DNA of 64,000 bases from contig CM060731.1 of the NCBI GenBank assembly GCA_030704615.1, forward strand, positions 85,374,001 to 85,438,000, in the 5' to 3' direction. Below the pieces are notes generated by a model. The model was not told the DNA's origin. It saw only the letters and a program-made list of their open reading frames with translations, and made no database searches. Below, in pieces: positions 63,951 through 64,000 of this stretch; the first letter of the stretch is position 1; each line of letters begins with the position of its first letter. The DNA is from Takakia lepidozioides. Taxonomy: Eukaryota; Plantae; Bryophyta. A program made the translations under genes and the position numbers.

Positions 63951-64000
63951 GAGGTTAGCTATTTCATGAGCATGAGCGGCATGAGCGGAGTAGCAAGACA
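63951..64000 (+). mobile_element. Terminus of MULE copy D (runs off the window)
   Basis: 50 bp matching the reverse complement of 9750-9799 with one difference. Gypsy similarity stops at 63950. Confidence 0.9.

Overview
A nest of transposable elements from a eukaryote, most likely a non-seed land plant (spliceosomal introns, PLS-type PPR fragments, Athila-like and chromoviral Ty3/gypsy elements, CACTA and Mutator-like elements). No intact host gene is recognisable. Contents: the 3' end of a chromovirus (1-2361); three copies plus an LTR fragment of one Athila-like gypsy family with extra 5' and 3' ORFs (13554-19056, complete copy 23691-43197, 44088-44409, 49853-63950); two CACTA elements carrying captured gene fragments (9800-13553 with an FkbM methyltransferase piece, 54217-59234 with PPR pieces); and four pieces of one Mutator-like (MULE) family (2362-9799, 27096-33278, 44410-~49510, 63951-end). 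The MULE family is the highlight. Head-to-head with its GCM/WRKY-DDE-SWIM transposase it carries a spliced gene fusing a ParB/Srx-like domain (WDGNHR) to a bacterial beta-class N4C/N6A DNA amino-methyltransferase fold. Its non-coding parts (divergent promoter, one intron, subterminal zone) are filled with tandem palindromes centred on GGCGCC whose flanks differ between subfamilies. This looks like a transposon-encoded, sequence-specific self-marking or anti-silencing system. All copies seen here are degenerate, so function is inferred, not shown. All domain calls are motif recognition by eye, without database searches.
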